64,000 nucleotides of DNA from Patescibacteria group bacterium (GCA_038063755.1 JBBTUL010000012.1:572-64571), one strand, 5' to 3'. Numbered from the stretch's first letter, positions 37,084 through 47,651 are shown. The notes: generated from the sequence alone by a model not told the origin. Numbers and translations are program-made.

Positions 37084-40000
37084 CAAGCGCGATTCGATTT
37101 TTTGAGAAAAGAAGACAGCGCATCGAGGCGACGCTTGCGATTCTGCTTGCTGCCCTTTCTGCATATACGCTTCTTGTCGGTAACCAATCATTGCACGAAC
37201 TTATCCCTATTCCTCCGAAAGAAGCGAAGGCCGCGCAGGTGACGATTGATACGACCGTTTCGATTACCATCGGAAAGCACATGCTTTCCGGAAAGCAGAC
37301 GGTGTGCACGTCGGACACCGCATGTTATGCATTCTATATTGATGCGACCCCGAACGCGGAAGATATTGCCTTCGTTTCTTCGACAAACGGCGGAGCTTCC
37401 TGGGGGACGCCACATATAGTCGCCGCAGGAACGTGGCTCGGTGTCGTTATTTGGTACGATCGCTGGACTCCGGGAGATACGACCGGAAACACGGTACACA
37501 TGGTTACGTTCGAGTCCACGCTCGACCGGCTTTATTACACAAGCTTCGATACGGTAACAGAGGCGACCACAAGCGTAGTCGATGCCTCCGGAGCGGCCGA
37601 AGGGGCGCTTGCGGCAGGAAACGACCTTGCAATCACCAAGGCAACAAACGGTTATCTTTACCTTGGGACGGTCGACGCGACTGCCCCTACCGCCGGAGCG
37701 AACTTTATCGAAAAATGCCCGGCAAATTGCACGGCAACGACAAGCTGGGTGGCCGCAGGAACAAACCCGTGGACGAATGCGGGGGACAACCTCGACGGGA
37801 ATTTCGATCTTGTGATGATGCCGCTTCCTGCGGGAGATATTATGCTCGTTGCCCGCGATGTGGCGCTTGAGGACATCGAATATCAGATTTACACGAGCTC
37901 CACGAACACTTGGAATGCGAGCTTCACGGACCTCGACACCGGCGCGCAGGACATTACTACGTTTCCCTTTACTATCTCGGGCATTGCGGACACATTCAAC
38001 AACGATCTTTATCTTGCGTATGTGGCGAGCACGAGCGTTACGAACAGAAGCGAGCTTCGCGCATGGCGATATTCGTCCTCCACGTGGGCACAGCTTGCGA
38101 GTCCCTGGCCCGAGGCAACGGATGCTGTTTCCCTCATTAACGACGTATCGATTGGGATGGATTATTCCTCGGGCGATCTTTACGTCGCCTACGTGAGAGA
38201 CCCCACGAACGATGCGACGAACAACGGCAACGTTTACTACTCAAAGTCGACCGACGGAGGGACAACGTGGACCATCGACACGCTTCTTTCGAACGGCACC
38301 GTGGGAGACCTGCGCGGCATTTCAATAAATAACATCTCGAATGAACGTATCTTCGGGGTTTGGTTTAACCCGACACCGGACGACATTTTCGGAAACACGG
38401 CTCAAGACCTTACCCCGCCGACGTTTTCACAGTCCGCATATCGTTGGTTTGAAAACACAAACGCCACTTCCGTTGGCGTGGCGCTTGCCGCACAAGACAC
38501 AGCCACTACGCTTACCACCTCAAGCCAAGTATTTCGACTGCGACTCTCAGTGGATGCAGCAAACAACGGCGGGCGAAGATACTGGGTGAATGCGAAATTG
38601 CAATACGCCACCTCAACGGGCGCATGCGATGTCGGATATTCCGGCGAGACATATATAGACGTGGCAACTTCGTCTGGGCCGATTATTCTTTTCGACAACG
38701 CGCTTCCGCTCGATGGGGCAACCTCGACCGCGACTTCGAGCGATCCCGTTCACGGGGGACATCCTGCAACCGCACAGACCTACGAAGAGGCAAACCCGTT
38801 TACGAATTCAATTTCTCGTGTCGCAAGCGGCACGGACGGCATTTGGGATTTCGCTCTCAAAGACAACAACGCGCCGACAGTAACAACGTATTGTTTTAGA
38901 ATCGTTGACGCGAGCGGATCGCTCTTGGGAGCACCGAGCGTTATCCCACAGGTTACAACCTTTGCGGTTCCGACCTACACACAAAATTACTATCGATGGT
39001 ACGTGGACAACGGCACGACAACACCTTCTGATCCTTGGCCTTCGGGCGCCGTAGATATTGGGGAAAACGCTCCGATCACATATGCACAAGATCCCCCTGC
39101 CTCAGGCGAGCATTTGCGCTTGCGCATGACAAGTCAGATTGGGACAGAAGTGCTTGCAACGACAACGCAAGATTTCAAATTGCAATTCGGTACGCCATCC
39201 GCAACCTGCGGAGACGTCTCTTCATGGAACGATCTTGGCGCGCTGGGGAGCGGGGTGATTTGGCGTGGGTGGAATAGCGCCCCGGCCGACGGCACAGTAC
39301 TCGCTTCGAGCTCTCCGCAGGCGGGCGAGCTTTTGCTTTCAGTCTCGGATAGAGGAGGGACGTATGAAGAGCAAAACGGCACCGGACAAAATCCCTATCG
39401 AGTGAATATCGGGGAAGACGTGGAATACGATTGGTCCATTGAAGACAACGGAGCAACCGCATCGACGACGTATTGTTTCCGCATGACAAAAGAGAACGGA
39501 GCTGAGTTCGGGTCTTATAGTTTTTATCCAACGCTTTCTACGTCAGGATACCGACCGAAGACTCAAAACTGGAGGTGGTACGATGACGAAGCAAGCGAAA
39601 CTCCAACCACCTTTCTAGCCGCCGAAAATACTGCACCGACGAACATTGCGAATCAAAACTCCATAAAGCTGAGAATTACGATCAAAGACACGGCAAACGC
39701 TTCTGGCGTAAACGAGAAGTTTAAGCTTCAATTTTCGGAATATTCCGATTTCTCAGGAAGCGTGCAAGACGTTACTCCTGGTTCAGGTTGTTCGGGAAAT
39801 AGTATTTGGTGTTATACAGATGGCGGCGGACTAGACAACGGAATTATTACTACCAAAGTTCTCTCCGATGCAGATGCCTGCACCGGAGGAGCCGGAAATG
39901 GATGCGGAATGCACAATGAAGTTCCAACATCGACAAGCTCGTTTAGTCCAGCAGCAAACGCTGCAACGGAGTACGAGTTTACCATCAAGCAAGATGGAGC

Positions 40001-40625
40001 AAGGGCAAGCGCGGTATATTTCTTTCGGGTGTATAACGTAACGCGGAATCTTGCGACTCCACTGAACACCTCCGAGATATATCCGAGCCTTACCGTAGAA
40101 GGCGGGTCTCTTACGTTTAGTATTGGGGGCGTTGCAAGCGGAACAATAACAGAAGGGATTACGACGGATACCGAAACAACCGCAAGCACGATTCCTTTTG
40201 GAGTATTAGCGTTTGGAGCGGATAGAAAAGCCGCACACCGCCTTACGATCACCACAAACGCAACCGATGGATATAGGGTTTTCTTGTTTCAAGGACAAGG
40301 GTTTATAAACGAAGACGGGGATGAAATACCCCGCGTTGCAGGGACGAACGCGAGTCCTCTTGCCTGGGGCATCGGCTGTTATACAACCTCGAGCGGGTGT
40401 TATGGGTATCATTCAGGAGACGATGTTCTTTTCGGCGGGTCGACTCGGTTTAGCGCAGACGATACGTATGCGAAGCTCACGACATCCTCCGAGGAGATAG
40501 CGTTCAGCGCGATACCGGGAACGGCAGATACGCATGACGTTATATTCAGAACAAAGGCTTCGGGAAGCCAACCCGGCGGAACATATCAAAGCAGTATCGC
40601 CTATATCGCCGTGACATATTTCTGA
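37080..40625 (+). CDS. Large surface protein A: BNR-type propeller, 3 repeated ~190-aa domains, C-terminal WxL/Csu-like domain
   Basis: Asp-boxes 'STNGGASW', 'STDGGTTW'; three 'Q..(Y/W)RW' repeats; ends 'GGTYQSSIAYIAVTYF'. Confidence 0.8.
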   Translation: MTSAIRFFEKRRQRIEATLAILLAALSAYTLLVGNQSLHELIPIPPKEAKAAQVTIDTTVSITIGKHMLSGKQTVCTSDTACYAFYIDATPNAEDIAFVSSTNGGASWGTPHIVAAGTWLGVVIWYDRWTPGDTTGNTVHMVTFESTLDRLYYTSFDTVTEATTSVVDASGAAEGALAAGNDLAITKATNGYLYLGTVDATAPTAGANFIEKCPANCTATTSWVAAGTNPWTNAGDNLDGNFDLVMMPLPAGDIMLVARDVALEDIEYQIYTSSTNTWNASFTDLDTGAQDITTFPFTISGIADTFNNDLYLAYVASTSVTNRSELRAWRYSSSTWAQLASPWPEATDAVSLINDVSIGMDYSSGDLYVAYVRDPTNDATNNGNVYYSKSTDGGTTWTIDTLLSNGTVGDLRGISINNISNERIFGVWFNPTPDDIFGNTAQDLTPPTFSQSAYRWFENTNATSVGVALAAQDTATTLTTSSQVFRLRLSVDAANNGGRRYWVNAKLQYATSTGACDVGYSGETYIDVATSSGPIILFDNALPLDGATSTATSSDPVHGGHPATAQTYEEANPFTNSISRVASGTDGIWDFALKDNNAPTVTTYCFRIVDASGSLLGAPSVIPQVTTFAVPTYTQNYYRWYVDNGTTTPSDPWPSGAVDIGENAPITYAQDPPASGEHLRLRMTSQIGTEVLATTTQDFKLQFGTPSATCGDVSSWNDLGALGSGVIWRGWNSAPADGTVLASSSPQAGELLLSVSDRGGTYEEQNGTGQNPYRVNIGEDVEYDWSIEDNGATASTTYCFRMTKENGAEFGSYSFYPTLSTSGYRPKTQNWRWYDDEASETPTTFLAAENTAPTNIANQNSIKLRITIKDTANASGVNEKFKLQFSEYSDFSGSVQDVTPGSGCSGNSIWCYTDGGGLDNGIITTKVLSDADACTGGAGNGCGMHNEVPTSTSSFSPAANAATEYEFTIKQDGARASAVYFFRVYNVTRNLATPLNTSEIYPSLTVEGGSLTFSIGGVASGTITEGITTDTETTASTIPFGVLAFGADRKAAHRLTITTNATDGYRVFLFQGQGFINEDGDEIPRVAGTNASPLAWGIGCYTTSSGCYGYHSGDDVLFGGSTRFSADDTYAKLTTSSEEIAFSAIPGTADTHDVIFRTKASGSQPGGTYQSSIAYIAVTYF

Positions 40626-40627
40626 AC

Positions 40628-41671
40628 ATGATAAAATTCAAGAACTTTTTCCGCGGAAAAACATTTTTATATATAGTCACCGCTTTTTCTGTCGGAGTTT
40701 TTTACGTTACGCTTCCATTACCCGCGGAAGCGATTATTTCAGTAAGCCGGTTTTTAGAAATGCATCCGGCGGTCGTCGACCTGAAAGGAATGCCGCGTGA
40801 CATTTTAGGGGGAGAATTTCAAATTAGGAATATTGCCGATCATCGCATTGCGGTGTATCCATTCGTTTACGGAGTCGAAGAAGAAAACGGAGTACAGAAG
40901 TTTTTAGATTCATCACTTGCAGACCAAGCGGAGTCGCTTGCGAATTGGATATCGCTCCATCGCGGCGTCATCATGCTTGATCCCGGAGAAGAGAAAAAAG
41001 TGCAATTTAACTTGCAAATCAATTTGCGAGCAGAGCCCGGGTTCTACCACGCAGTTATCGGGGTTGGCGAAGGTGCGACAAGAGATGATGCCGAGCAAGA
41101 TATTTCTCGCGCAGCAACGCTTGCGGTAAATGTTGAAGTGATAAGCGATGTTCGGGTAGACTTTGCTCTCAAGTCATTCCGAGCGACAAAAACATTTCTC
41201 GTGGGATCATCTCCGGCATTCTCGTACCGCGTCCTAAATAACGGAAATCGGCCAGAAGCTCCTCGTGGTGAGCTTCGAATATATAACCGCCGAGGGAAAG
41301 AGATTTCGTTTATCCCAACGAACACTGAGGGAAAGATTGTCTCGCCAGGCGAGGAAGCACCCTTCTCGGTCAATTCGGAAGCCGTTTTCCCGATTGGAAG
41401 ACATAAGGCGTTTCTCGATGTTTCTTACGGAGAAGAGGGCGGAAAACACCTTACCGATACAGCTTTTTTCTGGGTTTTCCCGCTGATTTGGGTGTTTGCG
41501 GTTGGAGTGCTGTTTTTCGCGATTATCATAGCCGCCATTGCTTTACACTATATATATGAGCGACGGCACAGGAAAACGGTCCAGATGCACCCCATGAGGC
41601 CATATGCCCACGACATTATCGACCTTCGCAGGGGCGCGGGGCAAACAAGAGACAAGAACGGAAATGAATAG
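40628..41671 (+). CDS. DUF916/DUF3324-like (WxL-interacting/chaperone-like) membrane protein 1
   Basis: 'LANWI', 'AEPGFYHAVI', 'NNGNRPEAPRG', 'GRHKAFL.VSYG', 'FWVFP' plus TM. Confidence 0.7.
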   Translation: MIKFKNFFRGKTFLYIVTAFSVGVFYVTLPLPAEAIISVSRFLEMHPAVVDLKGMPRDILGGEFQIRNIADHRIAVYPFVYGVEEENGVQKFLDSSLADQAESLANWISLHRGVIMLDPGEEKKVQFNLQINLRAEPGFYHAVIGVGEGATRDDAEQDISRAATLAVNVEVISDVRVDFALKSFRATKTFLVGSSPAFSYRVLNNGNRPEAPRGELRIYNRRGKEISFIPTNTEGKIVSPGEEAPFSVNSEAVFPIGRHKAFLDVSYGEEGGKHLTDTAFFWVFPLIWVFAVGVLFFAIIIAAIALHYIYERRHRKTVQMHPMRPYAHDIIDLRRGAGQTRDKNGNE

Positions 41672-42983
41672 AATCCATCGCGTGCGCAGAGGGACGATTG
41701 CAGGTGTTATTCTTTTTTGCCTAATTACGTTTTCTCCCTTATCGCTTTTCGCCGCGGAAAAAGTTTCCCTCACCATCACCCCGCCGCTTTTTCAACTGAA
41801 CGTAAAACCTGGAGATTTCTGGTCGAGCTCAGTGAGGGTGATAAACGCGAATAACGCGCCACTCACTTTATATGCTCGTGTGTACGGATTTATCGCAGAG
41901 GGAGAAGACGGACACGGAGATTTTATTTCTATTAGCGAGGGTGCGAATGGAGACGACGCGATGCTTGCGCGATGGATTAATCTTCAAGAAAAAGAAATAG
42001 AACTTTCTCCTGGTGCAAGTGGAGAGATTCCATTTACCATTTCGATTCCAAAAAGCGCTCCTCCTGGAGGGCAGTATGCAGCAATCCTTGTTGGAACCGC
42101 TCCGCCGGAGTTTTCATCGGTGGGACCGGCAATGCTTGTCTCTGGATCTGTGTCGTCTCTTCTGTTTGTCCGGATCGATGGAGACGTGCGCGAGGAAGGG
42201 GTGATTAGAGAATTCGTCACCGAGGAAAGTGTTTATCAATCGCCAAGAGCAAATTTTTCTGTTCGCTTTGAAAATCTTGGAAATGTTCATCTGCGTCCGC
42301 AGGGCGATATCACGATCTATAATATGTGGGGAAAAGAACGCGGAAGGATACTGGTTAACCAACAGACAGATTTTGGAAATGTTCTTCCGAAGAGCACGAG
42401 AAAATTCGCCTTCGAATGGATTGGAGAGAGCAACCTCTTTGAAGCGGGAAGGTATCGCGCCGTCGCAACGCTGGCCTACGGCCGCGACGCGCGACAAAAT
42501 GTCTCGCGATCAGTCACTTTTTGGGTTATTCCGACGAAAGAGACCATCGCGGTTTTCGGAAGTCTCATTTTTGGAGTATGGTGCCTTATTCTTCTTATTC
42601 GAAGGTACGTCCGACGCGCACTTAGGCTGGAAATGGTGCGTCGCGGAATGCATGATGGGATAAACGGGCATGATGTTTCTCGTCTGCGTGATGAAAAACC
42701 ATTGTTGCGACCGGAAGTTCTCCTAAGACCGCTTGAGATTGGCATCGTTGATCTTCGAAAAACAAAAGAAGCACTTGAAAAAACAGAAAGCAAAAACAAA
42801 AAACTCATTGCAAGGGGCTTGCTCAGGAAATACGTTCTTGTTCTTGTTTTTATCCCGACAGCTTTATTTTTGATTCTTTGGTTCTTTGTATATTTTAAAG
42901 AGGTTCTCGTGAAAGAGAGAGTGTTCGAGATCAACATACAAAAAGAAAGCTCATCTCTCGCGCAGAGCCGAGCAATAGTCTAG
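41664..42983 (+). CDS. DUF916/DUF3324-like membrane protein 2
   Basis: 'LTITPP', 'LARWI', 'APPGGQYAAI', 'ENLGNVHLRPQG', 'GRYRA...YG', 'FWVIP' plus TM. Confidence 0.75.
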   Translation: MNRIHRVRRGTIAGVILFCLITFSPLSLFAAEKVSLTITPPLFQLNVKPGDFWSSSVRVINANNAPLTLYARVYGFIAEGEDGHGDFISISEGANGDDAMLARWINLQEKEIELSPGASGEIPFTISIPKSAPPGGQYAAILVGTAPPEFSSVGPAMLVSGSVSSLLFVRIDGDVREEGVIREFVTEESVYQSPRANFSVRFENLGNVHLRPQGDITIYNMWGKERGRILVNQQTDFGNVLPKSTRKFAFEWIGESNLFEAGRYRAVATLAYGRDARQNVSRSVTFWVIPTKETIAVFGSLIFGVWCLILLIRRYVRRALRLEMVRRGMHDGINGHDVSRLRDEKPLLRPEVLLRPLEIGIVDLRKTKEALEKTESKNKKLIARGLLRKYVLVLVFIPTALFLILWFFVYFKEVLVKERVFEINIQKESSSLAQSRAIV

Positions 42984-43018
42984 GACAGAGAAGGCGAAAA
43001 AGGAGGATTCGTGCAGGG

Positions 43019-43027
43019 TGTGGATAA
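43019..43027 (-). promoter_or_regulatory. Perfect DnaA box upstream of an extended -10 (TGCTATACT)
   Basis: TGTGGATAA. Confidence 0.6.
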
Positions 43028-43135
43028 CTTGCGCATTTTGTGTGTACAAAGTTGCTATACTTAATTTAAGGCAAGTTATCCATTGCCGAAAAGGAAAGGT
43101 CGTCGGTATATTACCGCAATAACATTTAAAATTTC

Positions 43136-44260
43136 ATGACAGACGTACGTTTCATAGGAAAAGAAAAAATGGAGCTTATTGCGATCGCTCTTATTGTGAG
43201 CTTGGTAATGTGGACGGCTGGATTCTCTCTCTGGGTGCGTCACGCCGAAGCCGCAAACCTCACAAACGTAAGCGACGTATTAAGCAGTTCTGACCTCGGA
43301 GTGGTTGCAACGCATACAATTCAATACACCAATGCGACAACCACGATTTCCGGCCAGACGATCCGAATCACATTCGATCCAACAACCGACGCCTTTGGTG
43401 GCATACAAAGCCTTGTAACATCGAGCGTCACGTTTTCCGGAGCAAGCCTTGTGGGAACCTGTACGGGTGCCGCAAGCGAAGTGACGCTCACGACAAGCAC
43501 CGCGGCAAATGACGAAAGCGTTATTTTCACCGTGTGCGCGGGTGATACGGTTTCGGCTGGAGCAAAGACAATTACAATCAATGGGACTATTACGAATCCC
43601 GTGGGAGCAGGTTCTTATATTGTCCGCATTGCAGGAACACAGGACAATTCTGCTGACACGCGAGTCGCAATCATAAGCAGCGTAACGGTAACCGCTTCGG
43701 TTGATACAAGCTTCACGTTCACTATCGCAGCGGTAGCAACTGGAACGGATGTGAACGGGACGACCACAACCGCAAACAGCACCGCAACGGCAATCAACTT
43801 TGGAACTCTAGTTCCTGGACAAGCAAAGTTTATTGCTCAAGAGCTTTCGGTTACGACAAACGCAAAAAACGGATTCATAGTTACCGTAAAAGAAAATCAA
43901 AATCTTCTCTCCTCAACAGGAGCCGACATAGATCTCTTTAAGGACGGAAGCTCAATAGCAGCGCCGACCGCGTGGACGTCTCCACTCGGAACTCTCGATC
44001 AAGAGAATACTTACGGCCACATTGGTCTTACGAGCGAAGACTCAGATTTAAACGGTGATGAGTTTGCAGCAGGTCTCTACGCTGGAAACTTCCAAGCGAC
44101 ATCAAGCAGGCAGGTTTTCTCGCACACTGGACCGGCTGACGGAACGACTGCTGACAAGGGACTTACTCAGGTCGGCTATCGCATCCAGGTCACCGCACTC
44201 CAAGAAGCTGCGAACGACTACACGAATACGCTTACCTACGTGGCAACCCCGACCTTCTAG
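43136..44260 (+). CDS. Thr-rich two-domain secreted protein, putative major subunit A
   Basis: Signal peptide ending 'AEA'; own promoter and terminator; C-domain similar to the C-terminus of 37080..40625; ends 'NDYTNTLTYVATPTF'. Confidence 0.8.
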   Translation: MTDVRFIGKEKMELIAIALIVSLVMWTAGFSLWVRHAEAANLTNVSDVLSSSDLGVVATHTIQYTNATTTISGQTIRITFDPTTDAFGGIQSLVTSSVTFSGASLVGTCTGAASEVTLTTSTAANDESVIFTVCAGDTVSAGAKTITINGTITNPVGAGSYIVRIAGTQDNSADTRVAIISSVTVTASVDTSFTFTIAAVATGTDVNGTTTTANSTATAINFGTLVPGQAKFIAQELSVTTNAKNGFIVTVKENQNLLSSTGADIDLFKDGSSIAAPTAWTSPLGTLDQENTYGHIGLTSEDSDLNGDEFAAGLYAGNFQATSSRQVFSHTGPADGTTADKGLTQVGYRIQVTALQEAANDYTNTLTYVATPTF

Positions 44261-44291
44261 TCGAGACGAAGCGGCAAACGTGTTTGACTTG

Positions 44292-44317
44292 TACCCCCGC
44301 CAGGAATGGCGGGGGTA
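44292..44317 (+). terminator. Strong hairpin after putative major subunit gene
   Basis: TACCCCCGCCA-GGAA-TGGCGGGGGTA followed by TGTCTTTT. Confidence 0.75.
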
Positions 44318-44388
44318 TGTCTTTTGTGATATAATCTCTACATTCAAGGCCGAGCGAATGGTGATCACCCGAAATAATTAAACGAAAA

Positions 44389-45480
44389 ATGAAACATATT
44401 TTACGATTTTGCCTGGTTTTCTGTGTTTTTCTGTTGTTTGTCGCCGTGTTTAACGTCTCGTCGGTTGCATTGGGGCAGGAGAGGGTAGGGGCAAAAGTCC
44501 AGCCAGCTTTTATCGACGGTCCCGAGGCGCGAATCGACCCTGGGAGCTCAAAGAACTATGTTTTGAAGGTAACCAACCTCGACTCAGAAGAGAAGACATA
44601 TTCTATTGTGACACGAGATATAAAGGGACTTTCCGAATCCGGCGACCCGGTTTTTGCCGATCCAGAAGAGGACATTCTTGCCGGTATAAGTTTGTGGGTG
44701 CGGACAAATAAAAAAATACTAACAGTTGGTCCGGGAGGAACAGGTGAGGTGCTTGCCACAATTTCCGTTCCAAGCGACGCCTCTCCAGGAGGACACTTCG
44801 GAGGAGTTTTCTTTGTTGTTGGAGCGAAGAGCCTGAGCGAAACCGGTTCGGGTGTCGGATATGAAATAGGAACATTAATAAATTTAAGAATTGCAGGGGA
44901 GATCAAAGAAGAGGCGCGGATACGAGAGTTTAGTTCGGAGAAGATGATTTACGGATCGCCAAACGTATTGTTTTCCACGCGCGTCGAAAACTTAGGAAAT
45001 GTTTTGGTGCGCCCCAGGGGTCCAGTTGAGATAACGAGCATGTTTGGGAAAAAGAAAAAAACAATCGTTATGAACGACGAACGTTCGGGTGTGTTCCCTG
45101 GCCAAGAGCGTTCGTTTGAATCTCGCTGGGAGGGAGACGGGTTTTCTTTCGGAAGATATCAGGCGACGATATCTCTCGCTTACGGAGAAGAAGTAAGCAG
45201 GACGATTTCTTCTTCAATCGCGTTCTGGGTTCTACCGCTCAAAACAATCCTTCCGGTTTTTGGGGGGCTCGTCGCTATCATATTGCTCGTGGCGTTCTCG
45301 TTTAAGATATATCTAAAGAGAAGGATAAAAGAATTCGAACAAGCAGGAGCGATTCAGGGAGGAAGCGTTCTTGGCAGAGGAGAGGCACGAACACCGTTTT
45401 CTCGGCTTCTTTTCGTAACGCTCGGAGTAATGTTCTTCGTACTTGTTCTTTTCTTACTGCTCTTCGTTTTCTTTGGATAG
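44389..45480 (+). CDS. DUF916/DUF3324-like membrane protein 3
   Basis: 'VQPA', 'ISLWV', 'ASPGGHFGGV', 'ENLGNVLVRPRG', 'GRYQA...YG', 'FWVLP' plus TM. Confidence 0.75.
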   Translation: MKHILRFCLVFCVFLLFVAVFNVSSVALGQERVGAKVQPAFIDGPEARIDPGSSKNYVLKVTNLDSEEKTYSIVTRDIKGLSESGDPVFADPEEDILAGISLWVRTNKKILTVGPGGTGEVLATISVPSDASPGGHFGGVFFVVGAKSLSETGSGVGYEIGTLINLRIAGEIKEEARIREFSSEKMIYGSPNVLFSTRVENLGNVLVRPRGPVEITSMFGKKKKTIVMNDERSGVFPGQERSFESRWEGDGFSFGRYQATISLAYGEEVSRTISSSIAFWVLPLKTILPVFGGLVAIILLVAFSFKIYLKRRIKEFEQAGAIQGGSVLGRGEARTPFSRLLFVTLGVMFFVLVLFLLLFVFFG

Positions 45481-45484
45481 GCTC

Positions 45485-45877
45485 ATGAAAAAAGAGATAA
45501 GCACACTCGTCCTGGGAGCGCTTACGCTTCTTGCGGGAGGAATTTCGTTTTACGGTGTTTCTGCGCTTACAAAAAATACTTCAGGCGATTTATTTCTCGC
45601 GCAGCTCGGATCGGCCATCGGGATCACGGTTGGCGTGTTGCCAAACGAGGCGAACACGCTCCTTGCGCAGCTAAAGGAAAAAGAACAAGCGCTTGATGTG
45701 CGAGAGCAAAATATTTCATTTCGAGAAGCGGAGTTGCGTGGAGAGTCCGCGCTGGACGAAGCCGAGTACTACGGACGAGTAGTAAAAGCTTTAATAGCGG
45801 CGGTGTGCGCCCTTCTTGTGCTTGTGGCCGTGAACTTTTGGTTTGACCATCGACGCTCCCGAAAGGAAAGAGCATAA
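45485..45877 (+). CDS. Small 2-TM coiled-coil protein
   Basis: 'VLPNEANTLLAQLKEKEQALDVRE', C-terminal TM 'LVAVNFWFDHRR'. Confidence 0.7.
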   Translation: MKKEISTLVLGALTLLAGGISFYGVSALTKNTSGDLFLAQLGSAIGITVGVLPNEANTLLAQLKEKEQALDVREQNISFREAELRGESALDEAEYYGRVVKALIAAVCALLVLVAVNFWFDHRRSRKERA

Positions 45878-45884
45878 TATTTGG

Positions 45885-47609
45885 ATGAAAGACAGAGTAG
45901 CGAGGCGGCAGGCTCTATTTCTTTTCCTGGCAGCATGCCTCTTTTTTCGTTCGTGGATTGCGCACGGAGCAATCATTCCCTATATAAACGATACTATTTC
46001 TACGTCAGAGCCGGGAGCGGCGGCAGACCAAACGATTGTGTTTCAAGTCGCAAGAAGCGTTCCGCCTGGAGGAGCGATCGTGATTACGCCGCAGGCAGGA
46101 GCGTTTTCGATTCCTTCTGATCTTGATGCGACAGATGTTGATTTTGCGACCTCTTCCTCGCCGACGGGAGCTTGGCAAGAACGAGCGCTTTCGTCTTTTG
46201 CGTCAACAACGGCAGACGAGGTGAGCGTCGTTTCGGGGAGTTTTGGATCTATCACGATCACCCTTTCCTCCGGAGAGGGGCTTGAGGCCGGTATTTTTTC
46301 GCGAGTTAAAGTTGGACTACATGCAGAATCAGGGGACGCAGGGGACAAGCAGATAACAAACTCAACTTCTACCGGTTCATACCGAATATTTGTCGAAACG
46401 AGAAGCAGCACGTCTTCGCTCATCGATCAGGGAACAACGATGATTGCGATTGTTGCGCCAATAAATTCCGGAGCAGGAAGAACGGATTTCGATCCACCGC
46501 TTAGATCAAACGGTCTTCCGGCGAGCGCGCTTCCTGGAGGAACCTCTAACGTAGAAATATCACTTAATACTGATGAGCTTGCATTTTGTAGATACGCAAC
46601 ATCATCGGGAATTGCGTATGCGGGCATGGTGAATTATTTTTCGAACACGACAAGCACGCTTCATTCGATGGTTATCACGGGACTTGCAAGCGGAGCGGCG
46701 TATTCTTTCTACACGCGATGCGGCGATCTTTTCGGAAACAACAATCCGGACGACTTCGAAATTGCATTTACAATCGACCCGCCGCTTCCTCCGCCTCCAT
46801 CCGGACAAGGAACCGTTGTTGGCGGGACGGGCGCAGGTAGTGGAGGCGGGGGTGGCGCTCCGTTTCCGGTACCGCTCGGGCAGCCATCGGTAACATTTAA
46901 AGGAAGAGCATATTCGTCCGCAGAGGTCATCCTATTAAAAGACGGGAAACAAGAGAAGCAAGTGTTTGCCGATAGCGAAGGAGTTTTTGAGTTGACCGCG
47001 CAAAATCTTTCGCAGGGAGTTTATGGGTTTTCTCTTTTTGCGGCCGATTCGAAGGGAAGAAAGTCGGGATCATACGGAACGACCCTTACTCTTGTTTCCG
47101 GAACGCGTAATGTGATTTCAAATATATTCCTTCCGCCCACCATAGGAGCGCTTCGGACAAACCTCAAAAAAGGTGAGCAATTATTAGTTGAAGGACAAAC
47201 CATTCCGCACGCAACCCTCGAAGTGCTTCTCTATAGGCGTTCAGATGCCGCACAGCTTGAGCAGAAGGCGCTGAAGTACAGCGCAACAGCAAAAAGCAGC
47301 GGTGCTTGGCAATTCGTCATTCCAACAGTCTCTCTTTCGGAAGATGTCTATGAGGTCAGGGCTCGAGCGACATCCGATGATATTGGAACAAGTATCTTGG
47401 GTTCTCCTATTGCGGTGGGAGTTGGGCGAGACGTAGGTGCTTCTGCTTCAAAGAGCGCAGACTTCAATCGGGATGGGAGAGTAAATCTTGTAGACTTCTC
47501 GATTTTTCTTGTGTATTTAAACGGAAAAAACGTCGAAGGTGATTTAAACGATGATGCAAAGGTAAACATCGCGGATTTTAGCATCCTGCTCTTCCAGTGG
47601 ACCGGGTAA
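45885..47609 (+). CDS. Secreted adaptor A: subunit-A-like N-domain, FN3/Ig-like domains, C-terminal dockerin
   Basis: Paired Ca-binding loops 'DFNRDGRVNLVDFSI' and 'DLNDDAKVNIADFSILLFQWTG'. Confidence 0.8.
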   Translation: MKDRVARRQALFLFLAACLFFRSWIAHGAIIPYINDTISTSEPGAAADQTIVFQVARSVPPGGAIVITPQAGAFSIPSDLDATDVDFATSSSPTGAWQERALSSFASTTADEVSVVSGSFGSITITLSSGEGLEAGIFSRVKVGLHAESGDAGDKQITNSTSTGSYRIFVETRSSTSSLIDQGTTMIAIVAPINSGAGRTDFDPPLRSNGLPASALPGGTSNVEISLNTDELAFCRYATSSGIAYAGMVNYFSNTTSTLHSMVITGLASGAAYSFYTRCGDLFGNNNPDDFEIAFTIDPPLPPPPSGQGTVVGGTGAGSGGGGGAPFPVPLGQPSVTFKGRAYSSAEVILLKDGKQEKQVFADSEGVFELTAQNLSQGVYGFSLFAADSKGRKSGSYGTTLTLVSGTRNVISNIFLPPTIGALRTNLKKGEQLLVEGQTIPHATLEVLLYRRSDAAQLEQKALKYSATAKSSGAWQFVIPTVSLSEDVYEVRARATSDDIGTSILGSPIAVGVGRDVGASASKSADFNRDGRVNLVDFSIFLVYLNGKNVEGDLNDDAKVNIADFSILLFQWTG

Positions 47610-47651
47610 GCGAAAAGAGAGGATTCTTCCTATGATATACTATGAGTAACG

